From positions 65,224,001 through 65,288,000 of the forward strand of contig OX638154.1 of NCBI GenBank assembly GCA_951804945.1: a stretch of DNA of 64,000 nucleotides, read 5' to 3'. Of the stretch, positions 25,532 through 38,574 are shown one piece after another. A program made the translations under genes and the position numbers. Position 1 is the stretch's first letter; every line of letters starts with the position of its first letter. Under the pieces are notes generated by a model that made no database searches, was not told the origin of the DNA, and worked only from the letters and a program-made list of their open reading frames with translations. This DNA is from Podarcis cretensis. Lineage: Eukaryota.

Positions 25532-26255
25532 GTATGGATATTGTATACATTCATTGTGTTGTTTAGTTTCATTTCTTGTTAATATAGGGAGAAGCAACAC
25601 TGAACATGTTTTTGACAAGGATACTAACATAATGTTGCATAGTAATGTGTAAAGAATAAACTTAAATTGATTTGTTCTGACACTGCACAACTCTGCAAAA
25701 TTTCAGCTATGTATATATTTCTGTTATATTGAAACATTTGAAAGATGTTATTTCTTTAACAGGTGATGGGTTTCAATTGATCTAAGTTGCATAAGGCTCT
25801 CAGAGAACCTTATTGCTGTTTATATATGAACAATTTTTAAAAAAATATTACTGTAGCGTGCCTCATGCATTTCACTACTGAAGGATGTCTAGCTAACAAA
25901 GCATCTGCTAATCTGACTCTCATTGCTGCTATTTCTGAACAACTAGATCTGATACAAATAACCTAGATACCATATAATAATATTTCTAATCATTCTTATG
26001 TGTGGAACAAGAGAATGCACTCCAGCAGCTTGTGAGACACCATCTCAACAAGTGATGAATGCTGCTTATAGACATGCTAGTTGCAGATCACACACATCTA
26101 GAGTGGTTTTGGGGATTACAGCCAGATGAGTATATGATAACTTCTGCGTTCATATGGTAACACAGGATCATGATGTCTAAAGGGTGAAGTTGTTCTAGGA
26201 AATAGTACAGTGAGAATGTGTAGACCCCTTGGATCTCTGGTCCTAAGTAAAGCAT

Positions 26256-26291
<36 letters not shown>

Positions 26292-27776
26292 GCCCTGCCC
26301 ACTGAACTCATGGTTTATTTCTATTTTGACTCCTCTTGTAATACAGTTTTTCCTATCTTCAGCTGTCAGTTTATTGAGTTTGGCATGAAATAAATCACTA
26401 TAGTGTGAATCCAGCAGCACCTAACCCCAGAACAAAGGCACTTCTGCTTATGTCAATTCTCCCCCTGAGCTTCAGCCCTCTCCCGAACATATCCAGTGCT
26501 GTTCTGGAGGGGCCCCTTTTTTGTAAGCTGAAGCAGGAAGAGGGAAGTAGGGAAGCTATAATCTGTGAATGGAACTCTGATCAGTGTTCTTAGGCTCCAA
26601 CTCAATGATTTTAAGAGAATTTTAATATAAGAATTCTAGTTCAAGCACACAGAGTAAATCATCTTAAGGCAAATTTCTATGCTGTGACTTGAACAGAGGG
26701 TAGTGTTTTCTGTACAGCTTTTGCCTAGCCTATAGCATGTAGAAGTCCATTTTCAATTTAAATACTACAGTATATGCTACAAAAATGCCTTTGGGTAACA
26801 ACATTGCTACTTCAGCTCAATATAAGAGCACTCTAGTTCAATTGGCAATGTGATTTAGTGCTTGTAGAACTTTTTCAAACCCTTTAAATGTATTTATACA
26901 TATCCAAAGTAAGTGTTGGATTCTGTTTCACATATTCATATCTGTTTGATGATTAGCAGTGTCAGAGTCGACAGCTACATCTGTTGTGTAGTGCTCAGGT
27001 AATTCCAATCCAACAACTGAAATTCATGAAAGGATCACACGCAGGAATGGTGCAATTTAGTGAAGGATCCGTATGCAACATCCTTTTTTTCTGCATTAAG
27101 ACACTGAAATATTCTTACATTTAAGAACTATTCAGATGTATCTTTATAAATAGCACTAATGATTTTCACTGATATTTTGAGAGGCGCTTAAAGGCTGTGA
27201 AATACGTGAGACAAGTATCTGAGTTGCCTTTAAGGGCAGCTCTATGTAGAGCACATTGCAATAATCCAATCTGGAAGTTATGGGGTTGAGAAATAATGGG
27301 GATGAGGGGTCTGTGTGTATCTTCAGTATCCCTGTCTAGACACCCCTTTTGGTTTGTTAGCTCACTGCTCAGAACTCACATTTATTGGTTAAGCAGAGGT
27401 AGCAGGGTGAATTGGAATGTGGGAGGTATGTGTAGGCCTTCCAATTCCTTGCAACAATCTGTGCCACAGACTTTGTGGATGCACTTATACCAAAAATTGC
27501 TCTGTTAGGATCCTATCTTGTGTGAGTCATTGGGAAGAATCAAACCTCACCATTTAAGTAGTGATCATTGTTGCTGTATCTTTAGATACAAGTTTAGAAC
27601 AGTGGTTTTTCTAGCGTACTTGACCAATGAAACATCAGACCAGATCATTTTTGCTTCTGTAATCACCATTAGCTTTCTATTAACTTTAATTTCTAAATAT
27701 TATTGCTGTTAACCATTGGTGCCTGCTACGAAATGTAAATCTAACCAACAACCTATTCTTATGTGATGTCATCAAG

Positions 27777-27921
27777 CCTATAGGAAGGTTAAAGCAGCTG
27801 GTGTACTTGGATATGTCAAAAAATAGGATAGAAAGTATAGATATGGACATATCAGGATGTGAAGCCCTGGAAGATCTACTGTTGTCATCCAACATGCTAC
27901 AACAACTGCCAGATTCTATAG
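27777..27921 (+). CDS. LRRC7: LRRC7 coding exon (LRR): [48 protein letters not shown](G)
   Basis: atcaag|CCT … ATAG|gtaaag; 145 nt, phase 0 to 1; matches densin [12 protein letters not shown]…[23 protein letters not shown]. Confidence 0.95.
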
Positions 27922-29106
27922 GTAAAGAAAGAAATGTTGGCTAAATGTGTGGTATGTGTGAGAGGTTGTTGCTAAGAAAATGGGTTTTTGTTAATAGTTG
28001 CTGGTTTGGATTCAAGGGTCCGTTTCTTCTGAATCAAGATCTGCCTCCCCTATCATTCATTATCCTGTAATTATTATTAGCAACTTTATCTCTAAAATAA
28101 CATACTGTTTTTATGTTAAGAGTTAAGAATTATATGAAGAATACAGGTATAACGTTTTGAAGTTTTACTTCATAATACAGAAAAGTGTTCCTGGTCACAT
28201 TGCCTTGCATCGCAGTTTTATGTGTAGAAACTCATATTTGAATATGAGGTGCAATTATTTTTTAATGCTAGAATCTGTCCACAGGTTTATTTTTAACTAT
28301 AATACATGTGTTAGGGAGGTGTGTCTGTAATTTAGCTTCCTGCTATGAAGAAATACTATGGAATGGCTTTTCTCACATTACCTAAAATTCATGTCCTCAG
28401 GCACAAGTGTGAAACTTCAAGTGCAAAAATACAAAATAGCAATCCACTGTTAAACTGCATGACTTGTATCTAGTGCTAGTTCTACTCAGAGTAGACCCAC
28501 TGAAATTAACAAACATGGCTGACTTGGGCACATTAATTTCAGTGGTCCATATTCAACTAAATTGTTGCACGAGGAAAAGCCAGTGCAAGGATTCATGCTA
28601 GCACAGTAAGAATTCCCCCTTTCCCCCCTATCCTGTGCCATCACCAAATCTAGTCTGGAGGGGTTAGAACCTCCCAGAATAGATTTAGGAGGCTTTGTGG
28701 GGAGGAAAGGAGAAAAGGTTCCATGGCACCAATAAAATCCTTGCTGCTGATGGAGCCTTAGCTACTGATGCAATAGGTCTACGAAGAGTAGAACTTAGTT
28801 AAATTCAACCCTGTGTTTTTTGCAATTAGAAGATACTGTGTTTGCAAATTTAGGGATCACATGAGAAAATATGTTTGAAACAACTGTGTAGCCACCTCTG
28901 GAAGAGGATTCTTTTGAACTAACCCGGAATCCTTTATTTCAAAAATACTATTCATTATTCCATTTATTTTGTTACTTCTGCTGAAACTGGCCTCAGAATA
29001 GGCACTATGACCACTAGTATTGAGAGTTGAAAAAGGGGTGTACTTCACAGTAAAAAAATAATTATAGAGGGGAAATAATGCTGTTTTCAATATCTAACAC
29101 ATCTCT

Positions 29107-29148
29107 CTCTGTCTCTGTCTCTGTCTCTGTCTCTGTCTCTGTCTCTGT
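29107..29148 (+). repeat. (CTCTGT)7 microsatellite forming the polypyrimidine tract of the next exon
   Basis: Seven exact hexamer units ending 11 nt upstream of the acceptor AG at 29160-29161. Confidence 0.95.
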
Positions 29149-29161
29149 CTTTCTCTTTCAG

Positions 29162-29234
29162 GGCTCTTGAAAAGGCTTACAACTCTAAAAGTAGATGACA
29201 ATCAACTCACAATTCTCCCCAATGCCATTGGAAA
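29162..29234 (+). CDS. LRRC7: LRRC7 coding exon (LRR): (G)[23 protein letters not shown](N)
   Basis: ctctttcag|GG … GGAAA|gtaagt; 73 nt, phase 1 to 2. Confidence 0.96.
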
Positions 29235-29580
29235 GTAAGTGGTGGAAGTTTATAGATTTGATGTATTTAGCAATAAGATTGTTTTCAAGACAAATGTGTA
29301 TTTTCTGTCTAAGGAGGAAATGGATGCTTAAACCTTCCTGGGTGTGTGCCTCTTGTGGTCTCTCATGCTTGGCCGCCATATGTCCAGGTGCCTGTTAGGG
29401 GTCTTCCCTCTGGCAACCTGGACATCTGGCTTGAGTTCCCGCTGGCTGCTGCATCTCAAATGGGCCAATCAGTGGCCTCCCATGGGGGGGGGGGTGCCTC
29501 GCCAACTGGTAGTACATTGGCTGTACATGTGTCCTAACAGCTGGTGAGTCATAAAAGCTGGGGGCACTAAGGAAATAGCT

Positions 29581-30360
29581 TTTAGCTTATACCAGGATGT
29601 TGTCTTGCCTGAGTTTTATCTGAACATCTCAGAATGATCTTTCCACATCCTGCACATCCATCATGACTTCACCTTCTACATTGATAGGACAGCTGTGTTT
29701 CAACATGATCCTTCCCCCCCCCCATGTGTTCTGAGGGCTCTAGAAAGACTCTACCGATGTTGACTCAGGTCCTTTCATGTTGTTTTCTGAAAGCTATAAA
29801 TTTTGCTATGGACTGGCATAGCTCCCAGTACCAATGGGAGTCCGCATCTACTTTTACAAAAGCCACGGCCTTTCAAAGAGGAATTTCCAGCTTCTTTTGC
29901 AGGCATCTTTGTTTGTTAGGCATGATGCTATGGATATTTAGGCTTGGACAGGTACCTCTTTTTGATGGGCTGTGTTGAGCTCAGCAATTACTAGTCAGTA
30001 TTGCCCCACCTTGGGGTAAATTAGCTTGCTATTCTACCATGTGTGAAACTGCACAAAGACCCCAAAGAAAAGCAGGATGTTTGCCTGCAACTTTAGTTCA
30101 TGTGGTCATATGTTCACTCAAACAACCCACCCTTTTTCACACCTGCTGTCACTCAAGTGTTTCCTTATATAACTGCCATCCGTTAGTATCTGAGAGGGAA
30201 TGTAGGAACTACACCCCTTGAACATGTGCTTTGGGCAGATTTCCTGCCAAAATGTTTATCAGAAGGTTTCAGGCTTTGCACAGGTACAAAACTCCATGTA
30301 TGTGCCTGCACAAGTGACTACTCAAGGAGCTACAGTTTAAGACAAGCAACCTGTTTTTCT
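29581..30360 (+). mobile_element. decayed DIRS1-like element 3' half (tyrosine recombinase relic, ICR, right terminus)
   Basis: Relic peptides QDVVLPEFY…FHILHIHHDFTFYIDRTAVF, KAINFA…ATAFQRGIS..FCR and FVRHDAMDI*A…SF*WAVL follow the order of DIRS YR motifs. An ICR-like segment at about 30035-30125 is partly complementary to the terminus at about 30297-30358 and to the left terminus of the 18903 element. Confidence 0.72.
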
Positions 30361-33089
30361 TTAAGTGTCATTGATTTCGTTTGAAGAACTGAGCACATGC
30401 TTAAATCTCTTCTGTTAAGATCGATGGGAATTACAAGTGCTTAACTTGAGCTGTGCTGTGTTCATAGTGTTCTTTTCTGTTATACAAAATTTTGAAATGC
30501 TTTCCAAATACAATGCCTGCTTTTTGTGGGACATGTGGGGGATAACTTAACAGCCTACTCCTTACAGCTTCATTGCCTTGTGTAGTGAGAAATAAACAGA
30601 CAAGGGCATAACAGCAGCTACATGTTCTGGTAAATAAACTGTTACTTTCTTGATCTAGTTCCATTGCAGCATAGGGAAGGAATCACTGTAGCACTCTTAA
30701 ACCTTAACTCTGCTCCTTAATTATAAAGTTGGATCAGTTTTTTAAATTGAAAGTGTAAAAATAATATAAAATTCAAAGACTATCAAGATTCTTTTAAATT
30801 TCCCTTGCTAAGTGGAGTTACAGAATAATTTTAACAACTAAGTATAAAACAATAAGTGTTTTATAGAATCATACTTATTTATAAATAATAGCTTTGGTAG
30901 CATTTTCCAGATGTTTAGCAAGAGCTTAATGAGTGGTAATAAAAAACAGATACATAAATTACTACTTTATTGAGATGATAGCTTTGGCAGACAGTGTTTT
31001 GTTCTATTTTTATCATTTGTGTAGCTGATGAGAGTTTTGTGAGAACTCCAGTAAATGTATGTTGCATCATGTAAAGTGTCATATATGAATATTTTTATAT
31101 ATGATTCAGTTTGGACTCTGCAGAAATTGTTGCAAGAAGAACCTTGCTTTTCAGTGATGTGCAAGTTAAAACTATTTATGTTAAAGATTTTTGTTGTTTG
31201 ATTTAAATTTGCAATGTAAGTTTTTCCATAAGGTTTCTCTTTTATGAAATGATTATTTAAATTTACAGAAGAATGGGACAATTTAAATAATGGGGGGGGG
31301 GAGCTCTCAATGAGTCACAGGTGCAAGCTCATGAGTGCCACCATCCACAACTGTCTTCCACACATTTGCAAACCAGTTTTTTTTTAGAATTTTTAGGTAT
31401 TTTCTAAAGCTTTGCTCTGTTAGCTGTTACTGCAGCAGCATGGGATCCAGCCACAGGAAAGTGGCAACCAGGCTACAGAAATCATGTATAATGGGATCTA
31501 ATAGGCTTTTTCCCTTATCTCTCTTTTATTATCTATATTTATTGATACTTGTCAATAAATATACTGCACTTGATCATTAGTAGGACACGCTGTGTTTCCT
31601 TCCTTGCAAATGTTCTCATCTTCAAAGTATCTTAGCTAGACCTAAAGCTTCTTAACATTTTGAAATGATGCTTGTATATTTTTGTCTTTATACTGAATAT
31701 TTCAGATGAGATCCACATAATTTTAGAATCTTGATGACCATGGCTGGCATGAATATAGCAATTATCATTTACATCTCATAATTTGTCAATTTAAAATGAC
31801 CAATTTGTTTCATTCTCATTTTGCAATTGAGAGGTTATTACATCATCCTAAGTCCTTATAACATTTTTCATATTTCAGCTGTACAAATAGGATTTTCCTC
31901 CCCTTTAGCCCCGCAGTTCTCGGTGTGGGAGGGGCAGGTGCAGCGGCTGAAGGAGAAAGTGAATGCTGTTGCATCCACAGACACGATATTAGATTGCTCC
32001 CTTAATGCTTACGTATTGAATGATTTTGTGATAGCACTTTTCTTCAATCCTGAATGCCTTTGATCTGAGCAATACATGCCTTTTTATTTACACATATAAA
32101 GTTGCTTTATACTGAGTTATACCATTGGTCCATCTATCCCAGTATTGTCTACTCTGATTGTTGATGGCTTTCACAGCTGTCTTTCTCAGTCCTGCTACCT
32201 GAGATCCTTGAACTGAAGGTGCCAGGGATTGAATTCAGCATTTGGTTAGTGTGGATACATTTGAAATGCAACATTTCCCCTCTTCCATATATTCTGTATT
32301 GCTATTCTAGGAACTTGTGGCAGCTGAAAGGGAATTGCAATAAATGATAATGTTTCTTGTCTGGCTGTAGCATCACTGAAGGTGCAGCGTGATCATTTTG
32401 CCAGGTGGTCTACTAAAGCACAGTCACCTATGTCTACATCTTCTGTCAGCGCAAGCCTAAAGTGGATCTGGGCCAAGTTGTCTGAATGCTGCCTTTAGAA
32501 ATGATCACTTCCTCTGGCTTAAATTACAGCTTGGCAGCCGCAAGCATATAATGAAAAGCCTAACAAAGCTTTCAGCTGTTCTCTTTCCAACCCACTTCAT
32601 GAATCACTGTGCAGTTCTCAAGAGGATGACACACTTCAGTCCTCCAGGCTAGTGTGGTCTAGAAGCTAGTTGCAGGGGAGATGTGTGGGGAACCAGATGG
32701 GCTGTGGGTTGTGGAGCAGCTGCTTTTAGATTTGTTCGTCTGAGGAACGTCGAAGTAAATAACTGAAGGCCGTATTGGGCACTTGCTATTTTACTGTTGC
32801 CAATAAATTTATGGGGGAAAGCTTTGATCTTGGTCATTTGTAAAATATAATACTTCTGTTAATGAGAAGTCAGTGTGTACCCCCTTCCCTCCTGTCCTGG
32901 GTAGTTGGTAGCCAGTTTTATACCTGCTTCATAACCATAACATTATGGTAGTTCAGGATTTATTGAAACAGTTTCTTTTTAATTCAGTCAAGCTTTCAAT
33001 AGAGAGTGCCACTTGTCAGGCTGTTTTAGCAGTTAAATTCACAGAATTGTTGCAGAATTATTTTGTAGGATTATGAAAACTTATATATT

Positions 33090-34040
33090 TATTTTCATGT
33101 TTATCTTACCCTGCATCAAATCAAGTGACCACAAGGGTGGGACACATCAATTATTAAAAACAACATCAAGAAAAAAACGAGAACAGTATGCAGTTCATAA
33201 ATATTATAACTGCTCTCTCCAAGTATCAGTGGCTAAGTACCCCACATCATTAAAAATTTGGACAAAGAGGTAAGTTTTAACTTGGTTCTGAAATCCAACC
33301 AGTGTAGACACCAACCTAAATTCAAGGTGGAGGGCATTCCACAACTTTCCACAGGTCTCTTCACAAGTCTCAGGTGTATGAACCCCACTTGGTGATGGAA
33401 TAGTGAGTATAGCATCTCCAGCAGGCAGGATAATATAGGATGAGGTGCTCCTTCAGGTAACTTAACCCTAAAATTCTCAGATCATTATAAGTCAACATTA
33501 AAACCTTGAAATAAGCACAGTAGCATATTGGCAGACTGTACAAACTCTTCAGAACTGGTGTTATATGAACTAAACTGGCTGAACCACTCAATACTCTTGC
33601 CATGGTGGTCTTCCCCTGCTACAACCTCTGAACCATTTTCAAGGGCAAAGCCCCACATAGAGTATATTAGAGTAATCTAACTTGGAGTTACCAGACTGCA
33701 GGAGCCTGCTGCCAGGCTATCGCCGTCTAAGAATGGCTGTAGCTGGCAAGCAAACTGGTGCTACTAATAGGTGTTCCAAGACACGTGAATCCAAGGGCAC
33801 CTCCAGATACCATCAGAAGGAGTGCAGCTCCCTCCAGAATATGCCATCTATCCAGTTCTTGAACACAAGAATCTCCTGTCAACAGGATCTCTATCTTGTC
33901 AGGATTCAGCTTCAGTTTTGGCTGTCATCCAACCCATTACTGTTTCCAGACATCCGTCCAACAACTGCACAACCTCTCCTGACTCAGATGATATGTAAAG
34001 ACAGTGATTGGTATCAGTGTATTTATGGAATAATACTCCA
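33090..34040 (-). mobile_element. L2 LINE ORF2 3' fragment; further RT-region relic at about 34570-34910
   Basis: ORF 33370-33603(-) ARVLSG…HITPVLKSLYSLPICYCAYFKVLMLTY…LGLSYLKEHL matches the L2 signature HITPVL..LHWLP..RI.FK. Confidence 0.82.
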
Positions 34041-35501
34041 AGTGCAGTGGGCCTCAACTTATGCTCACTTTACTGACACAATCGCAACCTTAGGTGCATG
34101 GCCGATAAATAGGTAAATAAATGGTGAGCTGGGAAAACCCACCATGGAAAGAGTTTTTAAGCCCTCCAGCTCACTTGCCAGACTTTGGGAGGGAGCTTGA
34201 AGGACCGTGAGATGCTTTGAAGGCCGTGAGAAGGAGCCTCCTGCCTCCTTCTCAGATACCTTGCTTACTGGGCTTTGGGAATGAGGTGTAAAAGCTCTGG
34301 GAAAGTCCCAAGAGCGTGGTAAGTGAGGCAGAGGGCAAATCCAACTCTGGACAAGTGGGGGGGGTGCACCAGGGGTGGGTGGGTTCCTGGCTTTACGCAA
34401 TGGCAAGAGCTTTTTGATCCATCTGTCTCGCTTACCTGGCTCTGGGAGCATCCCGAGGCTTGTGCAGTAAGTGAGGCAAAGGGCAAGGCCTGCTCCAGAC
34501 AAGTTGAGAGTGGTTTCTGGGAATCCTGGCTTCACATAATTTTGCCTTTGCATGTGGACTTTTAGAACTGAACCCTCATGTATGTGGCAGGTCCACTGTA
34601 CCTTGAAGAACTCTCAGAATGGCTGTAACATCTATTTAAACAGCGTGGGGGACGGTATGGAATTGTCTTGGTGCCATTCTCTGGAAACAGCCCTGTAGGT
34701 AGAAGTTGAACCTCTGTTTCACCATGTTTCTGACTTCCAGCTACAGAACTGATTCAGAATGAAACAGTGGTCAGTGCTATCAAAAGCCACCAATAAGTCT
34801 AGGAGACTTAGCAGGATTGCATTCCCCTAGTACTGGTCAATCAGAGCAACCAAGGTCATTTCAATACTAAAACTGGGCCTGAAGCCAGACTGAAATTGGT
34901 CTAGACAATCCCTTGTAAAATATGTATTACTTAAGTAATACTGGAAAGTGTTTCTGCCGTTTTATTACAGCACATTTATTGTCAGTATAAGACTCAGTTG
35001 CTAGCATTTCTACTTAAAGGATTCTTGGTTAAGATATCTATTGATGGGGCCTGTTTATGCATGATAAAATTGCATATGTCTATTTTGCTTCATATGCAAA
35101 TGGGAGGAGACCAATACACACATCTGCCGTAATTACATGTGGTAGGAACTTTCTGCCAATCATATACATGTAACAAAATATACATGGGTGTTTGCCATAT
35201 ACTACTGCATAAATGCTCTCCTGTGGCTTTATTATTAGTTCGTGTTGATAGTAGTGCCCTAGATGGACCGTTCCTCTGCTTCAACTAGAAAGCATTTCCA
35301 AATATAATTCCATTATGTCCTTCAAATACATATTTTGTACTGCAGCTCAAAAATGTGTAAGATACTTATATTTTTGTCATTTGAAATTCTTATGCCTATT
35401 TGCATAGTTTGCAGATCTGGAATGTTAAGATTTAGATATAAAAAACCCCCAATGATTGATGGCTTTGTGACATAGACTAACAAATGTACTTAACGTTTCA
35501 G

Positions 35502-35631
35502 TTTATCTTTATTAGAGGAATTCGACTGCAGCTGTAATGAACTAGAGTCTCTACCTCCCACCATTGGCTACTTGCACAGTCTGCGGACACTAGCTGTAGA
35601 TGAAAATTTCCTGCCTGAACTGCCTAGAGAA
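35502..35631 (+). CDS. LRRC7: LRRC7 coding exon (LRR): (N)[43 protein letters not shown]
   Basis: acgtttcag|T … GAA|gtaagg; 130 nt, phase 2 to 0. Confidence 0.97.
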
Positions 35632-37799
35632 GTAAGGATATATTATGAAATATGATTACTCGAAAATTTCCCTGTCTTTATCCAGAATAAATTTACACTG
35701 AAGGGACTATTACCAAATCAGAGTTTGGTCTCAATACAAAAGGGCAATATTCACATAAAAATGATGAATTTCAAACATTTTTAATTTCTAAAGTTTTGTA
35801 TCAGCTTGTAAATGTTACATCATACTTTGAAAATAGGCCAGTTTGGAAGTTAACAATCCAGTGCAACCATTAGGTAACAATTTATTTCTTCAGGGAGCAG
35901 TGCCCACAAGGAGGAGTCAATATGCTGACCACTCCTTTGCCACAATGCTTTCTGTACACATTTCTACTCTTTCTTACTGAGGATGCTTCCAACACATTCA
36001 GGAGCTTCAGGCTGATGTCATTCTTGGTGCACCATCTTCATTCTCAGAACTGTTGTATGAAGACATGACAAACCAAGTAGACTGGGACCCTATGGTTACA
36101 ATTTTTCATCTTCATGCAAGCCTTTCCTAACTGAGAGCTTGGAAATAGAACAGCAGTGGTTTTATCAGTTTGGTGCAGCTGAGGTTGTTAGACATAATGC
36201 CCAAAATTGATTAACTTGTCTGCAAGATGGTATCTAGTAACTGGTTCTACTAGAATCCATAGGTGATTTCCTTACACGGTGTAATGGTGTGGGAACAGAC
36301 CTTCTAAAGGCAAAAAAAACCCAGACATTTTTGGAAATTGCCTTGCCTTCAAAGGTCTTTGGTTTCTAAAGTGTTCATTCACTTAACCCTATAGTGAGTC
36401 AAAGATTTCCAACTTGGAATCATAATGCAGTTCTCATCGGTCAATATGTTGAGCATATGCTTTTTTCCACTCAAGAGTTTGAGATTATCAGTATTGGGAT
36501 TCATTCAAATATAAAGGGTTGAGTACATTCTGAAAGAATAAAAGGCATATCCACTCCCTATTGGTGGCAACTTGTTATCCTTAGGTTAGGATTCAAATGA
36601 TTCTTGCATGAGTCTGTTCCTCTTTGGCTTTCTGATTATTGACTGAATATTGTTTTTGTATTTATTATGATTTTGCATTGGTTTAAGTCTTTATACCTTG
36701 TATATGAATAGAAATACATTATATAAATAAATAAAATAAATTATGTTACACTAGATTTGAAACACCACCTTCACTCAGTTTGTTGCAAATTGTCTTCTAT
36801 CCCTTTGAATAAATTGGCTCTTTGTGTTGTATAAGTTGTGGACAAAATATGCAGGAACAGAAAAATAGTTCCAATAGCTCCATGCAGATTTCAGATCTAG
36901 CCAAAAGCTGCAAAGTGAAAACATTCCATCCTAGGGGGAGATGAAGTCAATTTCTCAGCCTGTGTTATAATCCAGAGCAGCTGACAGTACCGAATCTGAC
37001 TTCTAAAAGCATAATTCCAACTCCTGTCAGTCAAAAGTATGGGTTTTGCAGCCAAGGCCAGTGTTCTTTGTCACAATCTTTGCCAGGTTCTTGGTTAAAG
37101 CTTTGGTATGATGGTGATAAAGAACCACTCAATCAAAGCAACAGCAGTTTCTGTAGCTTGAATGCAGGAATACTCATTCAAGGCATTTGCAAATCAGTGA
37201 CATGAGTTCAAGCCACACATCTGTTGAACACTATAGATCATTTTTACATTCTTCTCCCACATCACATCACTTCATCAGAAAATGTCTAAAATATACAAGA
37301 CTCAAGCCTAGCTTCTGCTCACATCCACATTGCATATCTTGAGAAATGGGTGATATTGGCATGGGAATAAACTGTCTCATGTACCTTGTGGCCTGTATCT
37401 TCTCTTGTGACATATATGCTGGAGTGGTTTTCAAGCGGCTTATACTGCATTACATCATAGCTTAGGTGATGTCAGGGGAGGCCTTAAGGTGCCACATCTC
37501 TGTCCCGACAGATATTTCTGTGAGGCAGTTACTTAGAAAGGCTTGGTAACTTAAGGGAGTAGTTTTCATATAACATAGAGGGAGTAGCATCTAGATGATA
37601 AGTGGTGGGTGGGATATACGTGTGCCTACCATTGGGATCAAAGTTTTTTATGGGTAATGAATGCAAAGGTTTGTGGTTTGTAAAAGAGGGTTCCATGTCT
37701 GCTGCAGGGCTCTATACTTTATGCATTGCTAATGCATGACAATGTTACTACCATGGAGCATGGAGTTTCTTCCATAAATGATCTAAATAGGTCAAATTA

Positions 37800-38149
37800 A
37801 AAGTAAAGTGACCCCTGACCATTAGGTCCAGTCGTGACCGACTCTGGGGTTGTGGCGCTCATCTCGCTTTATTGGCTGAGGGAGCCGGTGTACAGCTTCC
37901 GGGTCATGTGGCCAGCATGACTAAGCCGCTTCTGGCGAACCAGAGCAGCGCACGGAAACACTGTTTATCTTCCCGCCGGAGTGGTACCTATTTATCTACT
38001 TGCACTTTGAGGTGCTTTTGAACTGCTAGGTTGGCAGGAGCTGGGACCGAGCAACAGGAGCTCACCTCGTCGCAGGGATTCGAACCGCCAACCTTCTGAT
38101 CAGCAAGTTCTAGGTTCTGTGGTTTAACCCACAGCGCCACCTGCGTCCC
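37800..38149 (-). mobile_element. Sauria SINE (POM/Squam1-type), full length
   Basis: The minus strand starts GGGACGCAGGTGGCGCTGTGGGTTAAACC, has the B box GGTTCGAATCC and the body GCAAGTAGATAAATAGGTACCACT, and ends in an ACTTT-type tail. The TSD TAAATAGGTCAAATTA lies at 37784-37799 / 38150-38165. Confidence 0.95.
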
Positions 38150-38175
38150 TAAATAGGTCAAATTAGGATGTGTTT

Positions 38176-38220
38176 AAAAAGGTAAAGGTACCTATGACCG
38201 TTAGGTCCAGTCATGGATGA
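38176..38220 (-). mobile_element. Sauria SINE 3'-terminal fragment
   Basis: AAAGGTAAAGGTACCTATGACCGTTAGGTCCAGTCATG matches the 3' end of the adjacent full-length copy. Confidence 0.8.
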
Positions 38221-38458
38221 GATTTAGGATGACTTAATTAGGCTAGAGGTCAGACAAAGAGAAAAGCATTCATATTTTCTAGAATTTTTATACTTCTTCG
38301 TGATTTTCCCTTATTGATCAGCATCGAGATCAGCACCAAACAACATGTAAAAAAGCATATATAATTAAGTTATTTTAAAGATGTAACTAAGCTACCTATA
38401 TAGATGGCAATTATGGTGACATAGCCCATGCCTTAACAATTGTTTTTGACCCCTACAG

Positions 38459-38574
38459 ATTGGAAGTTGTAAGAATGTAACAGTTATGTCTCTGCGCTCT
38501 AACAAACTGGAATTTCTTCCTGATGAGATTGGACAAATGCAGAAACTCAGAGTCTTAAACTTGAGTGACAACAG
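38459..38574 (+). CDS. LRRC7: LRRC7 coding exon (LRR): [38 protein letters not shown](R)
   Basis: ccctacag|ATT … AACAG|gtaatg; 116 nt, phase 0 to 2. Confidence 0.97.

Noticed and set aside
36990-37500. Possible RTE/LINE relic
   Set aside because: The composition is suggestive, but I could not recover a diagnostic motif.
38430-38437. U12-type branch point-like GCCTTAAC before an exon
   Set aside because: The intron's donor is GTAAGG (U2-type), not GTATCCTT, and the motif also fits an ordinary U2 branch site.
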